A DNA stretch of 64,000 nt from the human T2T-CHM13v2.0 reference genome, Homo sapiens (GCF_009914755.1 NC_060934.1); one strand, 5' to 3'; shown: positions 1 through 15,955, numbered from the stretch's first letter. Notes: generated by a model from the sequence alone, not told the origin. Made by a program: numbers and translations.

Positions 1-68
1 TATCATGGGGATTAAGTTTCAGCAGATGAATTTGTATAGGCCGTAGGACACAAATATTCAGTACTAGG
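1..68 (-). mobile_element. MLT1-type (MaLR) LTR terminal fragment, cut by the window edge
   Basis: ggggattaagtttcagca...gaattt...gacacaaatattcag resembles the MLT1 LTR terminus also seen at 23196-23252. Confidence 0.5.
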
Positions 69-1512
69 AGTAAGAGAGAATTTATTATAGTTAGCCACAA
101 AGTATAAACCTAAATTTCACCAAGAATGAGCATTTGATAACATTCTTAAATTTAATTGTCAATACACCCACCTTTTCCTTCTGTACTTTTCCTTCTGTAC
201 TTTTAAAGTAATACCAAATCAGCAAACACACTTAAAGTTTTTACTTAGAAACATTATCTAATTAAAATTATTCAATTACAAAAGAAGAACCTCAATCTAA
301 CATTTTTTTTCTAATTCAATAGATTTTTCTTTCTTTTTAATGCAAGAAATATTTGAATTTAAAAGTAGTGGTCTGCTATAGTTTGTACTTTTCAAATTTA
401 GTAGCTGTCCATTAGTTTAACAAATGACTGATAATTCATGAATGTGTAAAATGATTTGTTCTACATGTCCTTACTATTTTTGTTATCTAAAAATGCCTTA
501 GTCAGAAAAGACTGACAGTATGGGCGTAGGGTCTGAGCAAACTGATCCTTGACTTATTCTAATTTCATGGTTATTAATGTAGGTTGGCCAATCTTTGTGG
601 GGGATTTTTTGTTTTTTATTTTTTGAATTATTTATTTTATTAAAGCCAAAATTGACAAAGCCTTCCACTCAAAGACCTTTATGAGATAAGGTCCACACTA
701 CACGGAGGAAAAACAAAGAGAGTCGTACACAAATTGAGCATAATGGGGAGAATGGAGGTAAAGATCAAAAGAGTGTGGGTAGGGAGTGGGGCAGGCAGGA
801 CATCAGAGCCAGGAGAAAACCACAGAAGAGGAAGTATGTGAGGTAGAAGAAGCTATTCTGAAGATAGCCTCCTCCAAAAAGTTTAGTAAAACTAAATTCA
901 CATAAACTCAAGCCTCAGAAAAGTTTTTAAGTTAAAATCTCGAACAAGTTAATGTAAGTTAAAATAGAAAAAAAGAGCAGAAAGTAAGTGAAATGCTGTA
1001 GTTGGTGTGCTCTTTTATTCTACTTAGTTAATGGTTGCTGGTACTAAGCAATACCAATGATATATTCTTTCTGCCTCTACCTCTGCATGTTATATGCCTG
1101 TATTTCTATACCAGTAGTGTTTTTCTTAATGGTTACTTAGAATAAGAGTGTGAAGAAGACCAAAAAAATAAAAACTCAGCAAATGCATTTTTATTAACTA
1201 GGAAATAACTTACTTATAGTTAAAATTAGCTATTTCATGTATATCCTGAGAAATGTTAAAATATGAATCAAAGAGGACACCTTGTGTCGGTGAGGGGGAG
1301 GCTGCTCCCCAAATCCCTAATCCACTTGACTGTTAGTGTTTCAATTTCCTTTGAACAGAGGAAGAGGAGTCTGAATTTATTCATTCCCACTATTCGCAGT
1401 CTTTCCCACATTATACCTGCAACTGAATGCCTTGAATAATTAGATGCTACAAGGTCCAAGTCAATGTGGCAAGTCTAATCCATGAAAATACATAGTTTAC
1501 TTATCTGGTTTA

Positions 1513-1514
<2 letters not shown>

Positions 1515-1543
<29 letters not shown>

Positions 1544-1546
1544 AAA
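1515..1546 (+). repeat. (TAAA)n microsatellite
   Basis: direct reading. Confidence 0.9.
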
Positions 1547-2261
1547 GTGAAAATACCCTGTGTGATTCTCAAAAAGTTCTTGATGGTACAAGTCAATACA
1601 ATCTCTATTTGTAAAACGTGTTCTTGACTCAAGATCGTATCTTTTATCAATTGCACAACTCCTTCCCAGACTCTTGTATGGGTTAATGCCTTAACCCTAC
1701 TTGACTAGGTTCTTTTTTTTCTCTTAGCTTACATTATTTTGTAATATAAACTATGTAAACTTTGGGTAATTTTATTTCTGCAAACTGAAAATCTTCCCCA
1801 CACCTCTCCACCTTACTGACTACAGCAACTCAGCACAGTGTTCAAATGTATGTATACTTTCAGGCCTAAAAATTATGTTATTTATATTTGGTCTTTATGC
1901 CAAAATTAATATATTGTTTTTTACATTACTATGTGTATAAACCTACATGGTACCATATTTTAAAAAATACAAAAATTTCTTATTATTTTTCTTATAGCTC
2001 TCCATTATTGACCTGGATAAATTTGTTTGCTTTGTAAGAATTTGATTATCTTCAAAATTAATAGCAAACTGTAAACTCTATCATCTATGAGAATCTACCA
2101 AGGCGTATAAACTTTGTAGGTCCATGGTTTACTTAATTAGGTTATTTTCACAATTCTGTTCTCTGTTTTTTTTTTCTTTTTTCCAAAAATATTACCAAGA
2201 AAAAGGAAGACACTCTGTGGGAAAATCATGAGACTCATATGATACTGACAAAATATATTAA

Positions 2262-2559
2262 TGTACTTGCTCTCATCCACAGTTTTGCTTCTTGTGATTT
2301 CAGTCATCTGCAATAAAGTACAATAAGATATTTTTAGAGACCACATTCACATAATTTTTATTACAGTATATTTTTATAATTATTTTATTATTATCGTTTT
2401 TTATTTTTTATTATGCTGAATTTATAAATTAAACTTTATTACGTGTGTATATATACATTGGAAAGAACATAGTATATAAGGTTTGGTGTTACTCATAGTT
2501 TTAAGCATTCCCTGACACTCTTTAAATGTATCCCCTGCAGATAAAGGGAGACTTCAGTA
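2262..2559 (+). mobile_element. MER44A (Tigger7-derived non-autonomous DNA transposon)
   Basis: agtacaataagatattttt-agagaccacattcacataa...aatttataaattaaactttat...gtatcccctgcagataaagggagac matches recalled MER44A consensus. Confidence 0.8.
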
Positions 2560-2899
2560 ATTCTGAAAGAAGAAAGTATAAGTGATACAGGTTATGAGTC
2601 AGTACAACAGTGTACTTAGAGCCTACCATGAAATAAATGTTTAAATAGAAAAGTATCCAAAAAATCATGAGAATTGCGTCCATATCCAGGGAATGTTCTA
2701 TACAAATGTGTGACCAGATCTTATTTTAATATAGCTTATTTAATTTTTACAGTAAAACTTTGTTACTTATTCCTCAACATAGAACAATTTGGAATAAATC
2801 ATCAGAAAAGGAAAATCACAATAAAGTTGGTTGAGGCATACATCTGTTGTTTTTACATTCTAGCAGAGAATTTTCAAGATAATGGGTTATAAACCATAT

Positions 2900-3392
2900 C
2901 ATACTGAAGGAGGATATTGTGCTTGCACCTGGTGTGTCCCGAATTCTTGTCTGAGAGGAATGAGGTCACGTGGACAAATTGAAGGATGGTAAATGTGGAA
3001 AATTTTATTGAGTGATGAAAGTGACCCTCAGTAGAGAGTGGAGAGCTGGAAAGGGGATGGAAAGGAAAGCCACTCTCCCCTGAAGTCAAGCTGCCTCTCT
3101 GCCTCTCTCTTCTGAAGACAAGTTGTTTCTTCCTGACATGCAGCCACTTCTTCCTCTTGTCCAGCTGCTTCCCCTCTCTGCTGGCTGAGTCTGGGGTTTT
3201 TATAGGCACAGGATAGGGCAGGGTAGGCCATTGGTAGTTTAGGAAAAGGCAACATTCAAGAAGGAAAACAGTGATAGAAATTCTTACTTTGGCCTGCAGG
3301 TTTCAGGATTTTTGTCTTGAAGGTGGGGTTTTGCCAGGGACTCACCATTTTCTGCCTTGAATATCTCTGCCTCCTGCTTTTATTATTGTATC
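2900..3392 (-). mobile_element. ERV1-class solo LTR (LTR1/LTR27/LTR28/MER52 group)
   Basis: minus strand starts TGATAC...caggaggcagaga...ccctggcaaaaccccaccttcaag; TATA-like cctataaaaacccc; subfamily not resolved. Confidence 0.6.
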
Positions 3393-3542
3393 AATACTAG
3401 CACACAGGTTTTGTTCAGCTTACACTGTTTTTGAATCACAGTGTGTTTAAAAATGGAATATATCACATAAATATTTATCTATCTGTCTATTGCCAGAATT
3501 CTATTCTTTCCTGATAAACATTAAAAGTTTTGTGAGCATATT

Positions 3543-3868
3543 TCTTTTTTTTCTTTCTTTCTTTTTTTTTTTTTTTTGAGACACGGTGTGTTGCTGTGTT
3601 GCCCAGGCTAGAGTGCAGTGGCCTCAATCATCACAGCTCACTGCAGCCTTCACCTCCTGAGCTCAAATAATCATTTCATCTCTGCCTTCTGAGTAGCTGG
3701 GACCACAGGCATGTGCCACCACACTGGCTCATTTTTAATTTTTATTTTTCTATAGACATGAGGTCTTGCCTAGTTACCTAGGCTGATTTCAAACTGTTGG
3801 GCTCAAGCCATCCTCTCACGTTGGCCTCCCAGTTTTGGGATTACAAGTGTGAGCCACTGCACCTGGCC
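3543..3868 (-). mobile_element. AluJ
   Basis: poly-T then diverged dimeric Alu ending gagccactgcacctggcc; J-type cacagctcactgcagcc. Confidence 0.9.
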
Positions 3869-5260
3869 TTGTCAACACATTCAACATGATGACAGTCAAC
3901 TTGAGCTGAGATGCTGCTGTTTTAGATGGGCCATGCTCCATGGATCCCATGCTCCCTTTTCCTCCAACATTGAGACTATTTTCTGTTCATCTTTACTGCC
4001 TTGAATTCATGACCCTTAGTCTACAGAAGGTGTTTGAGAGTATGAATATTAATTTCAAACTACTATTTCTACTTCTTCAGGTGAAGAAATAGTCAATGAT
4101 AATTGATACTTTTAAGAAGGTGCACTCTTTCATAATCAATAAAACTTTAAATTAGCCTTAGTAGCATTAAATGGCACCTTTGAATTAAGTTTTCAACAAA
4201 ACAAATAAAAATTTTCTGTTTAACTAAGGTAATCAGAAAATTCAATTAACCTGGACTATTGAATAAACACTAGCATTATTAAAATGTTTATTTTTTAGGA
4301 ATAAATGATGTATTCAACATACAAGTCAATTTTAAAAGTAACATTTCTATAAGAAAAATATATCTTAAGTTTATTACAATTATATATTTCAAATATATTT
4401 TGTTTTAACGTTAAGTGTAAAATTAAAATAGTCTAGTTTGAATATATAGATATGTATTTAATTATTAACTATTTATTAAATTTCTAACATACATATCATA
4501 TCATTTAGACACATCAAACCTCCTGTGAATATCCAGACTGTTCAGGGTATAAATTACTCTAAATAAGTGTCATTTTAAAACTGCTAACAATGTTTTTTCA
4601 CAATTCATTTAAATGCAGATTATCATTAAGAATTTTCATTATTAGGGTGTGCTGTAATAAAATTAAGACTATACATCCTACTGATGTGAATAAGTTTCTT
4701 ATTTGAATGATCCTGGACTATTGTGATTTCAGGCTTTCTAGATATTATTTATACAGAGTATTCTTTCAATTTTACATTTAACTCCTACTTCTCATCTTCT
4801 CATATGCCAGAACAATTATTATTTTCTACCACTGAGGCTCTTTAAATTTATACAAGTAATACATTTTTACTATCAGTATTGTGATATAAAGACTGTCATT
4901 GAGAGTCTTTTTGACTGTCTAGCACTCTGTTAATGAGTTTGTAAGAAAACATGGACAAATGTTGTGTTAGTGCACCAATTTTTGCTTTAAATTATGGTTT
5001 TTCTATAATAAGAGTGTGAAGAAAGTTTTGGCTTCTAAATTTGGAATTATGAAGCTTTATACTTATTTATTTACACTAACAAGATTAAGGATAGAGGAAG
5101 TGTGCCTTGAATGTAAAGCTAGAAACAAGACAATACAATTTAAAAAATTACAAAATCTAAGTGTTTTGAGCTTATACTTGTGCCTACTAAACTGCTCCTC
5201 AAACGGCAGAATGATAAAGTAGAAAAGTAAAAATGCTGAAATGTGGAGACCTTTGTGGGT

Positions 5261-5573
5261 TTTTAATTTTGTTTGTTTGTTTCGAGACATGTTGTCACTC
5301 TGTCACCCAGGCTGGAATGCAGTGGCATAATCATTATGGTGGCTCACTGCAGCCTCCACCTTCTGGGCTTAAGTGATCCTCCCACCTTAGCCTCCTGAGT
5401 ATCTGGGACTGTATTGCATGGGCTACCATGCCTGGCTAGTTTTTATTATTATTATTTGTATAGATGAGATTTATCTATGTTGTCTAGGCTGATCTCAAAC
5501 TCTTGGGCTCAAGCAGTCCTCCACCTTGGACTCTCAAAATGCTGGGATTACAGGCATGAGCTATTGCCCCACC
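5261..5573 (-). mobile_element. AluJ inserted into a MIR
   Basis: diverged Alu; MIR-like sequence on both sides (5205-5250, 5580-5715). Confidence 0.85.
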
Positions 5574-6322
5574 AAAGACCGGACTTTGAATCTTCGGTAT
5601 GATATTTACTAACAAGGACCATAAGGAAGATATTTAACATCTCCTACCCTTGATTTACCTACCTGCTAAGTGAACAGAAGAAAGACCTCATAAGTTTGTG
5701 AAGATGAATAAATTTTGTCAAAATGAATAAACAAAATAATGAAAATCAAAAAGAAAACTCTAAGGTGTACATTTAGACAATTGATTTATTTTGCTCTTTT
5801 TAAATAGAAGTTTTTAAAAATAATTGCCTGACATTTGCAGTGTTAGTTGTATGTGCTGACAACTTGAAAAACCCACGTATCATCTTTTAGTCTCTTTCAG
5901 TAAAGTATTGTTTACAATCCTTATCTGTTGAGGTATTACAAGGATTAGTATTTGTAAAATGTTTTAAAAGCCCTTTGTTAGGTATAAAAATCATTGCACT
6001 AGCATTTTTCCTAATCCACAGTAAGAGATATGCATGGGTGTTTATTATTAAGTAAATGCTCTAGATAATCCAATTTAGTGAGATTGTAACGGCTGACTGG
6101 TTAATACAAATTCTATTCCTGTAATACCTATTGATAGGGAATTTTATATGAGGAAGTGAACAAAAAGAGTTGGTGTAATAAAGCTGGGGTCTGAACAATA
6201 GAGCTCAAGATGATTATCTACAAATAATCTGAAAAGATATTTTATTTGATACACTACAGGTGCATCTTTTTCCTGATCCTGATATTTAGAATTAAAACTA
6301 TCATAAACAACAATTTTAACTA

Positions 6323-6691
<369 letters not shown>

Positions 6692-7254
6692 TTATTCCTA
6701 TATCCACCATTTTACATTTTACCATTCATAGAAATCCTTGACTCCTTACTTTGTTAACAAATTGAACAGTGATTAAAAATACAACATAGAAATGAAAACA
6801 GTAGAAATTTTAAGTCAAAAGAAAATTTAATTTCTTAAGCCTAACCAAATAAGAAACAAGAACTAAATAATTCTATAAAATTGGTTGTTAGTAATTAAAA
6901 CAATAACAATAACAACACTAAGTTCCCTTGTAGGGATAATATGGAAATAGAATTATCAAATTTATACAATAAAATGTATTTCATTTTAGGTTTCAAAGAA
7001 GAAAGTGGAAAGCAAGCTTAAGGCACTAGCAAGCATCAAGTAGAATAGAACATTGCAAAGGCAAAAGGTGAAAATAGCTTTATCTCTCAGACACAAACAA
7101 CTATCTCAATCTCTATTTTGAGTGTATCATTGCTGATTTCAAATGTGCAGAAAGAAGCATTCTTAATCATTACTTGATCATGAATATAATTTCAGAAATA
7201 ATCACCTTAAAAAGCAGGCATCTTCACCCAAAATTAAGGCTTACGTTAGTATAG

Positions 7255-7500
7255 TAATGTTCAATCTGCATGGAAACTGGTCTGAGATAAAAGAAGTTAA
7301 ACTGAACATCAAGAGAATTTTGCTCTAGTTTCATGCTTTTCAGTATTTGAGTGATCTTGGAACATTCTTTTACCTTCTCTGCCTCAGTCTTCTCATGTGT
7401 GTCAGGGATGATAATAGCTATATCCTCTAAAATCTAAATTACTAGATTGTTGTTGTAATATAGTGATATAATGAGTAACCAACTGCTTAAAACCTGAGTA
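7255..7500 (+). mobile_element. MIR
   Basis: gtgatcttggaaca...ccttctctgcctcagtcttctcat MIR core. Confidence 0.6.
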
Positions 7501-8039
7501 TAATGTGTACGTTATTTAAACCTGGTACTCATTCATTTTATATCATAGTAACACATTTGCCAGTGTCTTACAGCTTATTATTGAAAATGAAGCTGTTATT
7601 AGCCATCATTGTCCATGTCTTACATTTGATTGCATTTAAGTTAGCAACTGACTAAAGGAGGGAAAACTACTAACTGGACAGTAAGTAATATGAAATAAAA
7701 GTAACTCTAGCCAGTGTTTCAGAGGAAGCAATAAAAAATGAGAATTGTGTGGCTAAATTTGCAAGTATGTTCCCCACAGCATTGGTAACAATATGGGAAA
7801 TAAAGACAGTAAAATCTAGATGAAGACAAATAAAAGAAAAATGTCAAATTAAAAAATTAAAATGGTAGTTAGTACCACAACCGATTTTTAATTATTTTCG
7901 TATGTATATACAACGATACTTTTTAGGTATATGGACATATGTGTACTTATGCATATATTCATGTATAAATATACACATATGTATATGTGTATGTGTGTAT
8001 AAAAATCCCTGTGTGTACTGTGTTTCTGTGTGTATGAAG

Positions 8040-8580
8040 GGATTTCACCTTAGGCAATTGTGTAAACTGGTTACACAGTCTCCATAAGGTAAAGTTAATG
8101 CTACCAGGACTGATGTTGGAGCTTGAAGTTAGTAAGACAGACCAGTAAGGAAGAGAAGATAAATTGGAAGAGAAAACTACAGAATGGAATCCGTAAACTC
8201 AAGCTGGAGCTCACATGGATGGGCTGAAACATGCTTCAGTTCTATTCACATCCTTAGACTTGCTGGTGCCCTGCAGACGCTGGCACCTAATAAATTAGGC
8301 TAAGTGCACTCTCACTTCTCCAAGAGGCAGAAAAGCTGAAGAAGGATCAAGGAGAAGGTAGAATATTTGTAGATATGGACATTGCCTCACCCTAATAGGT
8401 GAATCCGTTGATAAACAACAAAATGTGGATAAACAACAATACAATATGGCTGAGTCTTTACTTCCACCCTCCAAATCTCCCACTAAAATTTCATCTGAGG
8501 CTCATGCTAACCAGAAGCATGTAGGAGAGACAATTCTGAGAAATTCATCGCAGACTGAGTTGACACATTACAAAACTACA
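8040..8580 (-). mobile_element. Old ERVL LTR (MLT2-like) nested in old L1
   Basis: ends gagttgacacattacaaaactaca, like the MLT2 terminus; preceded by a TG/TA-rich tract. Confidence 0.4.
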
Positions 8581-9550
8581 CCTTAATACAGGTAACTTCG
8601 ACAGTATACTTCCACTCCCCTGAATTTGTCTCTCTGTTATTACCATAAATTTTACTGCTAGATATGCTACAACTCATATAATTTTTTATTATTTTTGCTT
8701 TAAAGCAGAAAATTTTATTTTAAGACTTTATAGAAAAATGGAAAAATGGTTTGTATTTAACCTATTTTTTGTGCTCTCTATTCTTTTGTGTTGATGCAAA
8801 TTTCCATCTGGTACCATTTTATTTCCTCCAAAATTATTTCCTCTGACATGTTTTCTGGTAAAATTTCTTGACTTTTGTTCTGAAAAATTATCTTAGCTTT
8901 GATTTGTATTGCAATAAATTCTCCTAAGTTTTATTCACCTGATAAAAACATCCTTATTTTAAATTTGATCTTAAAATAAGATTTTGCTTAGGAAATAAGT
9001 CTACATTGACATATTTTTAGTACTTTAAAATGTATTTATATGGCATACATAGTTCTGATAAAGAGTATACTTCAATTTTTATATTTGTTCCTCCATAAGT
9101 ATTTACAAAAGACAAATAGATATATAGGTTGAGGCATAAATAAAAGTAGATATATTTTCTAGAGTACTGAAAATCTGAATGTGTATATATACATGTGCAT
9201 ATATTTGTATACAGTGAAACGGTATAGTATCCATTGGAGGTAGATTGTGATAAGTTCGACATATTTTGTAAATCTCAGAGAAGCCACTAAATAAATGACA
9301 TAAAGGAGTATAGCTAATAAGCTGAAAAAAGTCATTAAACAAAGTTGTCTAAAATCAAAGATAGATGAAAAAAGAAAAAAGAATAGATGGGGAGAAAATA
9401 AAACAAGTAGGTGCCAGATAACAAAGCAGCCATATTATTATATATAAATAGTTTAAATCTCCATCTAAAGGCAAAGATAACCAAAATAGAAGAGAAAAAT
9501 GAAGCCAAACCCCACTGTACGCTGACTACAAAACCCATTGCTTCTTCCAG
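8580..9550. mobile_element. Old L1M fragments
   Basis: T-rich degraded antisense L1-like sequence followed by an A-rich sense piece. Confidence 0.45.
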
Positions 9551-9907
9551 GAAAAAATATTTCTATATATTGCATATAAATATTTACATTATAATGAGCA
9601 TGTTTCCAGTAGTATTAGGAAACATAGATGTGCAATAAATTATTAAAATGTGGGTTTCAGCTAAGGCTTTAAAATAATGTATCAGATACCAATATGATAC
9701 AAACACAAGATACCAATATGCTTTGCCAGATAAGCCACATGTAAATTGGGATGATATTCAGTGCAAATGTACAGATATGCAAATAGCAGTTGTTAACAGT
9801 TCATTCTGGTTGGTGGTACCCATGGACTCCTGCTTAGTAAATACTTTTAATATTAATCTTGCCTCTAGGGCTGGCATAAACCAGATGTCAAAAAATAGGC
9901 TAGATAA

Positions 9908-10199
<292 letters not shown>

Positions 10200-10336
10200 A
10201 ATGATTTTTATATACATATAGGGCTTAACCAATCAAGAGACAATATTGAAGGATTTATATTTGAAGACATTTTATTTGGCAAACCCTATGCATTGAGGTT
10301 ACCAAAACAGGTGAAGGATAGGGTGACTTAATTTAT

Positions 10337-10570
10337 AGTAGTTCTCTTGAGGGCAATTTTACTTTAAGGGGACTTTTGGCAATGATTAGAGACATTTTGA
10401 GCATCATGACTTAGACAGGTGTATGTTACTGGCATACCCCATCACAGTGGGTACACTGTGAAATATTCTACCATGCACAGGATCAGCCCCAGTTCCCACA
10501 ACAAAGAATCATCAAGTCCAAAATATTAACTATGCTGAGATTAACTATGAGATTAATTATGAGAACCCTG
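10337..10570 (+). mobile_element. MER20 (hAT-Charlie)
   Basis: agtagttctc...ggggacttttggcaatg...atgcacagga...cccacaacaaagaat...gagaaccctg matches recalled MER20. Confidence 0.8.
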
Positions 10571-10699
10571 TAAACCCTATGCCTAAAGAGGCTTGAATGA
10601 TATCATTAAGAATGCATTAAATCTACTCCTTGCATTTTGGAGGGCAGAATGAACTATGAATTATTCCTGAAAGTCTAAAGAGAAAGCATACAGCTGAAG

Positions 10700-11520
10700 C
10701 TGTCCATGGGGGTAAAAGAATGGCTATAATTTAAAGTTACTGCATCTCAGAGTCTGTTGGAGAAAGAATGTCTGTGTGTCTTCTGCTGCATATCTGTGTA
10801 TCTCATACCCAAAAGAGCAAATTTGAGATTGTTTTAGATCCGAGAAGACTACTTGGAAGAGGAATTGGTCCTCAGCAAAATGAAGCTGTAAGTGTATTAC
10901 AGGAGGCATATGAAAAAAAGATGTTGTTTCATATGATAAGATAGAGACAGCTAAGGTCATTTGCTTAAAAGGAACTTCTTTTAGTGAAGAAGACATTTGT
11001 AGTAAAAAGGGTGACTGTGACTAAAATTAACCCCCTAGGCTCCTCAGAAAATGTCATTTTTGAACATCTACTGATGCCAAGCTGCATTCATGTCTATCAA
11101 ATGAGGCCCTTCCTGTCCCTTTCTACTTTCCCCTTTTGACTTTCCAGACAGCAAGAGTTCAGGGATTATAGTTAAGAAGTTGGAAGAGGAAGAGTAGATG
11201 TGCAAGTTGGAGAGAAAGGAAGATACTGACTACACTCTATCTCTGAGTGAAGTCTTCTCCATTTACAACAAATCAGGCTGGGTTGGTAGGCGGGAGGTGG
11301 GTGGGGACATTTCAACTTTCACTGAAATTTACAACTTAGAAAATTAGGAAGGATTGGACATTTTAATTACTTGCCTGAGGGTTTTTTATAACCCAAGTCT
11401 GATGAAAACACAAGGGCTACCATGTTTCATCAGGATATGGGGACTGAGTAGCCTTACGGAATAAATGTAAGGGAGGCAATGTTGGGGAGAACAGCTTTCC
11501 TTTGTTTATAATTATAACTT
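10700..11520 (+). mobile_element. Ancient LTR (LTR78-like)
   Basis: 3' part ggacattttaattact...aaggg(a)ggcaatgttggggaga resembles recalled LTR78; boundaries uncertain. Confidence 0.35.
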
Positions 11521-11643
11521 GCAAATTATGTTTTGGTGATATGCAGATGGCACCATGTGAAGAGAGAAATCACTGACTCCTACGGGTGTAAGAATTTAGA
11601 AAGTATCTAAACTTTGCCTTTTAAATGTTAAATTAAAAACCAA

Positions 11644-11973
<330 letters not shown>

Positions 11974-12809
11974 TTAACAACTCTGTAAAACATAATTTAT
12001 TTTAACAGGAATTTCTTACGGATGGGAAAACAAAACAATTTGGTAATTTATTGAAGACCATGTGATTAAAATGCAGAGTTAAGACTATAATCCAAATTTT
12101 CTGGTTCTAATCTCTTATATCTAAATATTGTTTTCTAATATTTTAACTCTTTGAGGCAATGAACTATAGCATATGTCCATTTGACACTATGCTGTGTTTT
12201 CAAAAATACACAAAACATGCTTTTAAAAAAAATTGGTATATTCTCAAGGATAATCAGAAACTGGCCTATCTTGAGTTTGCTCTCTCTCTGTAACACTTCG
12301 ATCAACAAAATGCTTTATGCTCAGAGCCTTATATTACCCAAGAGACATGTCCCAAATAAGCACTGGAACCAGATGGGATTTCTGTTCTCATTTAGTGTAA
12401 TCTCTCCAAAGGTAATCAGCATATAATGACCTTTGGAGGGGCTGGTGTTACTTTTGATAGAGTTTAAATCTGAATTCACTGCACACGTCAGTCTCATATT
12501 TTCCCCCACACTTCAATCACAGCCAGCAAATTACTGTTTTTGAGTTCTGGAATGGTAAAAATCCTTACCCAAATCACGGTTTTTCCTTGTTCCCTCTGTT
12601 GAAGTAACACCATTTATTTTGAATCTTAAATTGTACCCTCAATAACATTCTGTGTTTTTCCTTTGCTGGAATCTAGTCAAAAGGGGTACACAGAGGGAAA
12701 GACTCTTCTTTGTAGTTCAGTGAAATTGTGGACCCTATCTTTTATAAGATGTTGTAAAAGAACCCAAAATAACACCAGTAAAACAATTGATAGGTAATAT
12801 AAAGAACTA

Positions 12810-13109
<300 letters not shown>

Positions 13110-14392
13110 GAACTAAATGACACCTGAGTGTATTCACTGTTTGCTTAGTAGCCCTTAACAGTTCAAAGGCTCCATTATTGGACATAATCAACCATCAAAC
13201 AACACAGTATTTTAACCCATTTGCCTTATATTCATTTAACTCAAACGTTCCATCAGGAAAAAAAAAGGGGGGGCGGTCTTTCCTTTGGCTTATATTTCTT
13301 TTTAAACACCACTGAAAAAGCAATTTTAAATTAGGCTCTATTGTTTTATTATGCTGAACATAGCATTACCTCATAAAATGTCATGCGATTAAAAACGGTT
13401 CTTAAGACAATTAGACAGAGTCCAATAACCTCCCAGCCTGTATAAGTCTAAGATTATTTTTCATTAACATTTATGATGAAGAACTCCAAAGGACAAAAAT
13501 CTAATATTTCTGTTTCCAAAACAAGCATCATCAATCTGTTTGAGTAATAATTATGTCAGTTAAACGGTTGCAAAAACATGGTTTTTTTTATAATAAATAC
13601 CAAGATAAAAATAGTGGACAGGAAGTAGATTGATTGACATGTCTACTAAATAGACTAATACAAATTTTATTTTTATCTTACATTAGTTGCACACACCAGT
13701 TTTTTTCACTCCTTTTGAACAATACAGAAAACAGAAAACAAGAAAACAAAAAATACAGAAAATAAGAAAAATAATCTCCTTTTCATTAAGGCAAATGTAG
13801 GTAAAGCTGCAAAGTTGATCAAGTGTCTGTACATTTCTGTTTCTACTTCCTGCGTCTGTGGCTGCTCAGTGCACCCCTCTTTTCTTTATTCTTTCACAGG
13901 AGATACTTTTACCATCCCATTGTTTGCCTAGATGTATTTACTTTCTCGATAAATGCAGAGATAAAACAACGTATATGCACACCTTGCGTGGTACAGGATG
14001 ACTTCATAAAGGTATGAAGAGCTTCACTGCAGAAGAAACAATATGAAGTTTGCTTAGAACAAGAATCACAAATGTAGTTATCTCCAGGGTCCATGCCGAT
14101 CGTAACTGAGTGAAGAAGGCTTACGGTACTTTTGTTTTCATGTTAAATCTTTGAAATGAAAACTTGACGTAAACCAGCATACTCATGCATTTTCCTTAAA
14201 GCATGAACCTTTAAATTTTATTTATCTTACTTTTAATATTTGAAAATATTAGAAAAATAGTTTCTACTCTAAGAATAGCAAAATATAAAAATATCATTTA
14301 AACTTATACTAGACAGAGTTTGGAGGAGTTCATAAAAGAATATAGAAGAATATTTGAACTGGAATTCACATGATCCTTTATTTAAAAACTGT

Positions 14393-14540
14393 TTCATTGT
14401 AAATCAACAAGTTATAGTTGGACTACAAAGTGATGTTATGAATACAATGTAGTATAATTAAATCAAGCTAATTAATATATCCATCACCACAAATATTTAT
14501 CATTATTTTGTGGTGAAAACATCTGAAATTTACTATCTTC
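14393..14540 (-). mobile_element. L1MA 3' end fragment
   Basis: aattaaatcaagctaattaatatatccatcacc...tttgtggtgaaaacatctgaaatttact. Confidence 0.7.
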
Positions 14541-15369
14541 CTCTTTTAAAGGGGTAACCTTTACTCATCTTGAACATACCTTTTTCATGTAAAAATTTAA
14601 GACTGGATTGCTTGAGAGCCTAGGATTTCTAGAGAAGCCAAAAGTACAGATTTGAAATGAAAAAAAAAAAACTCTTTTCAAAAACATTGTATTGCAAACT
14701 CAATTTTTAAAGCTTACATTACTCATATTCACATGTCTCTCTCTCTGGGTACATACATGCATGTTCATGTGTGCAGGCATGTGAACGTGTGTGTGCATGT
14801 GCATGCTAATGATCAGATTTAGCCCACAGGCTAAGGATTTTCAGCTTCTGGACTTGAAAATTAATTTCATAAAACAAATTAAATCATGAATCTATTACCA
14901 TCACAAGCAACATTACCCAACTTACTACTCTCTAATTTACTGAGTACATAGCTCACTAGCACTTAAATAAGCCAAGCATATATGTTACCCTTCCACAATT
15001 CACCGGTTGTCACCTGTTTAGGACCAGCTAAGGTAAAATGTCTAGTTGGGATGAATATTGAGCACGGGAAGGTTTTGTATAGCAGAAAGTAAAACAGGGC
15101 AAGTTGTTTGCATCCTGTTTTCCTGTCACAGTAAATGTGTACTGCCATATTGTTGGGCATTTTATGCCATATGCAGAGAAAATGAAGAACAGAGAACTGA
15201 ACATTTCTGAATTAATTCAATGTTTAATTATTGCAGTAAATCTAATTGAAGTATGATTTAATTCATTGTCTCATTTATGTTCTTGTGAAGATACTGATAC
15301 TGAAAATATAATTCCTTGTCACACAGACTTTGGTGGCTTTCTTGGTTGCCAGATGTCTACTTGAATTTT

Positions 15370-15911
15370 TAACCTTTTATTGATGCATTACATATATACA
15401 GAAAACTGAATAAATTATAATTGGACAGTTTGATGAATTTATACAAAATGATCACCTGCTTCACCAGCTCTTGGATAAGTTACTGGGCATTTCTCAATTC
15501 CTACAGTAGCCTCTGTTGTGCTGCCATCCAGTTTACTTCCCTAAATTAGTAACCAGCACCCTGATTTTTAATACCATAGAGTAGTTTTCAAATCATCTGA
15601 ACTTCAAATGTTGTGACTAGGTTCTTTCATTCAGTATTAGATCTGTGAGATTAATCTGTATGATAGCATGTGGGTGTAGCTGGTTCATTATTATTGCTTT
15701 GTGATGTTTCCTTACATGAATACATCACCATTTATTTATCAATTTTCTCTTGATTGGACTTATGTAGTTTTAAGTTTTGACTTTTACAAGTGGTTCTGCA
15801 TTCACATTCATGCATGTGTTTGGGGAACATATATGTGCATTTCCTTTAGGAAGAAAGTAGACTTGCTGGGCCATTGTCTGCTTGCTTGTCACCTATCTAT
15901 CTGTCTGTCTA

Positions 15912-15955
<44 letters not shown>

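Noticed and set aside
9684-9720. Short direct repeats (AGATACCAATATG here; similar at 174-203 and 49528-49560)
   Set aside because: Ordinary slippage micro-duplications.
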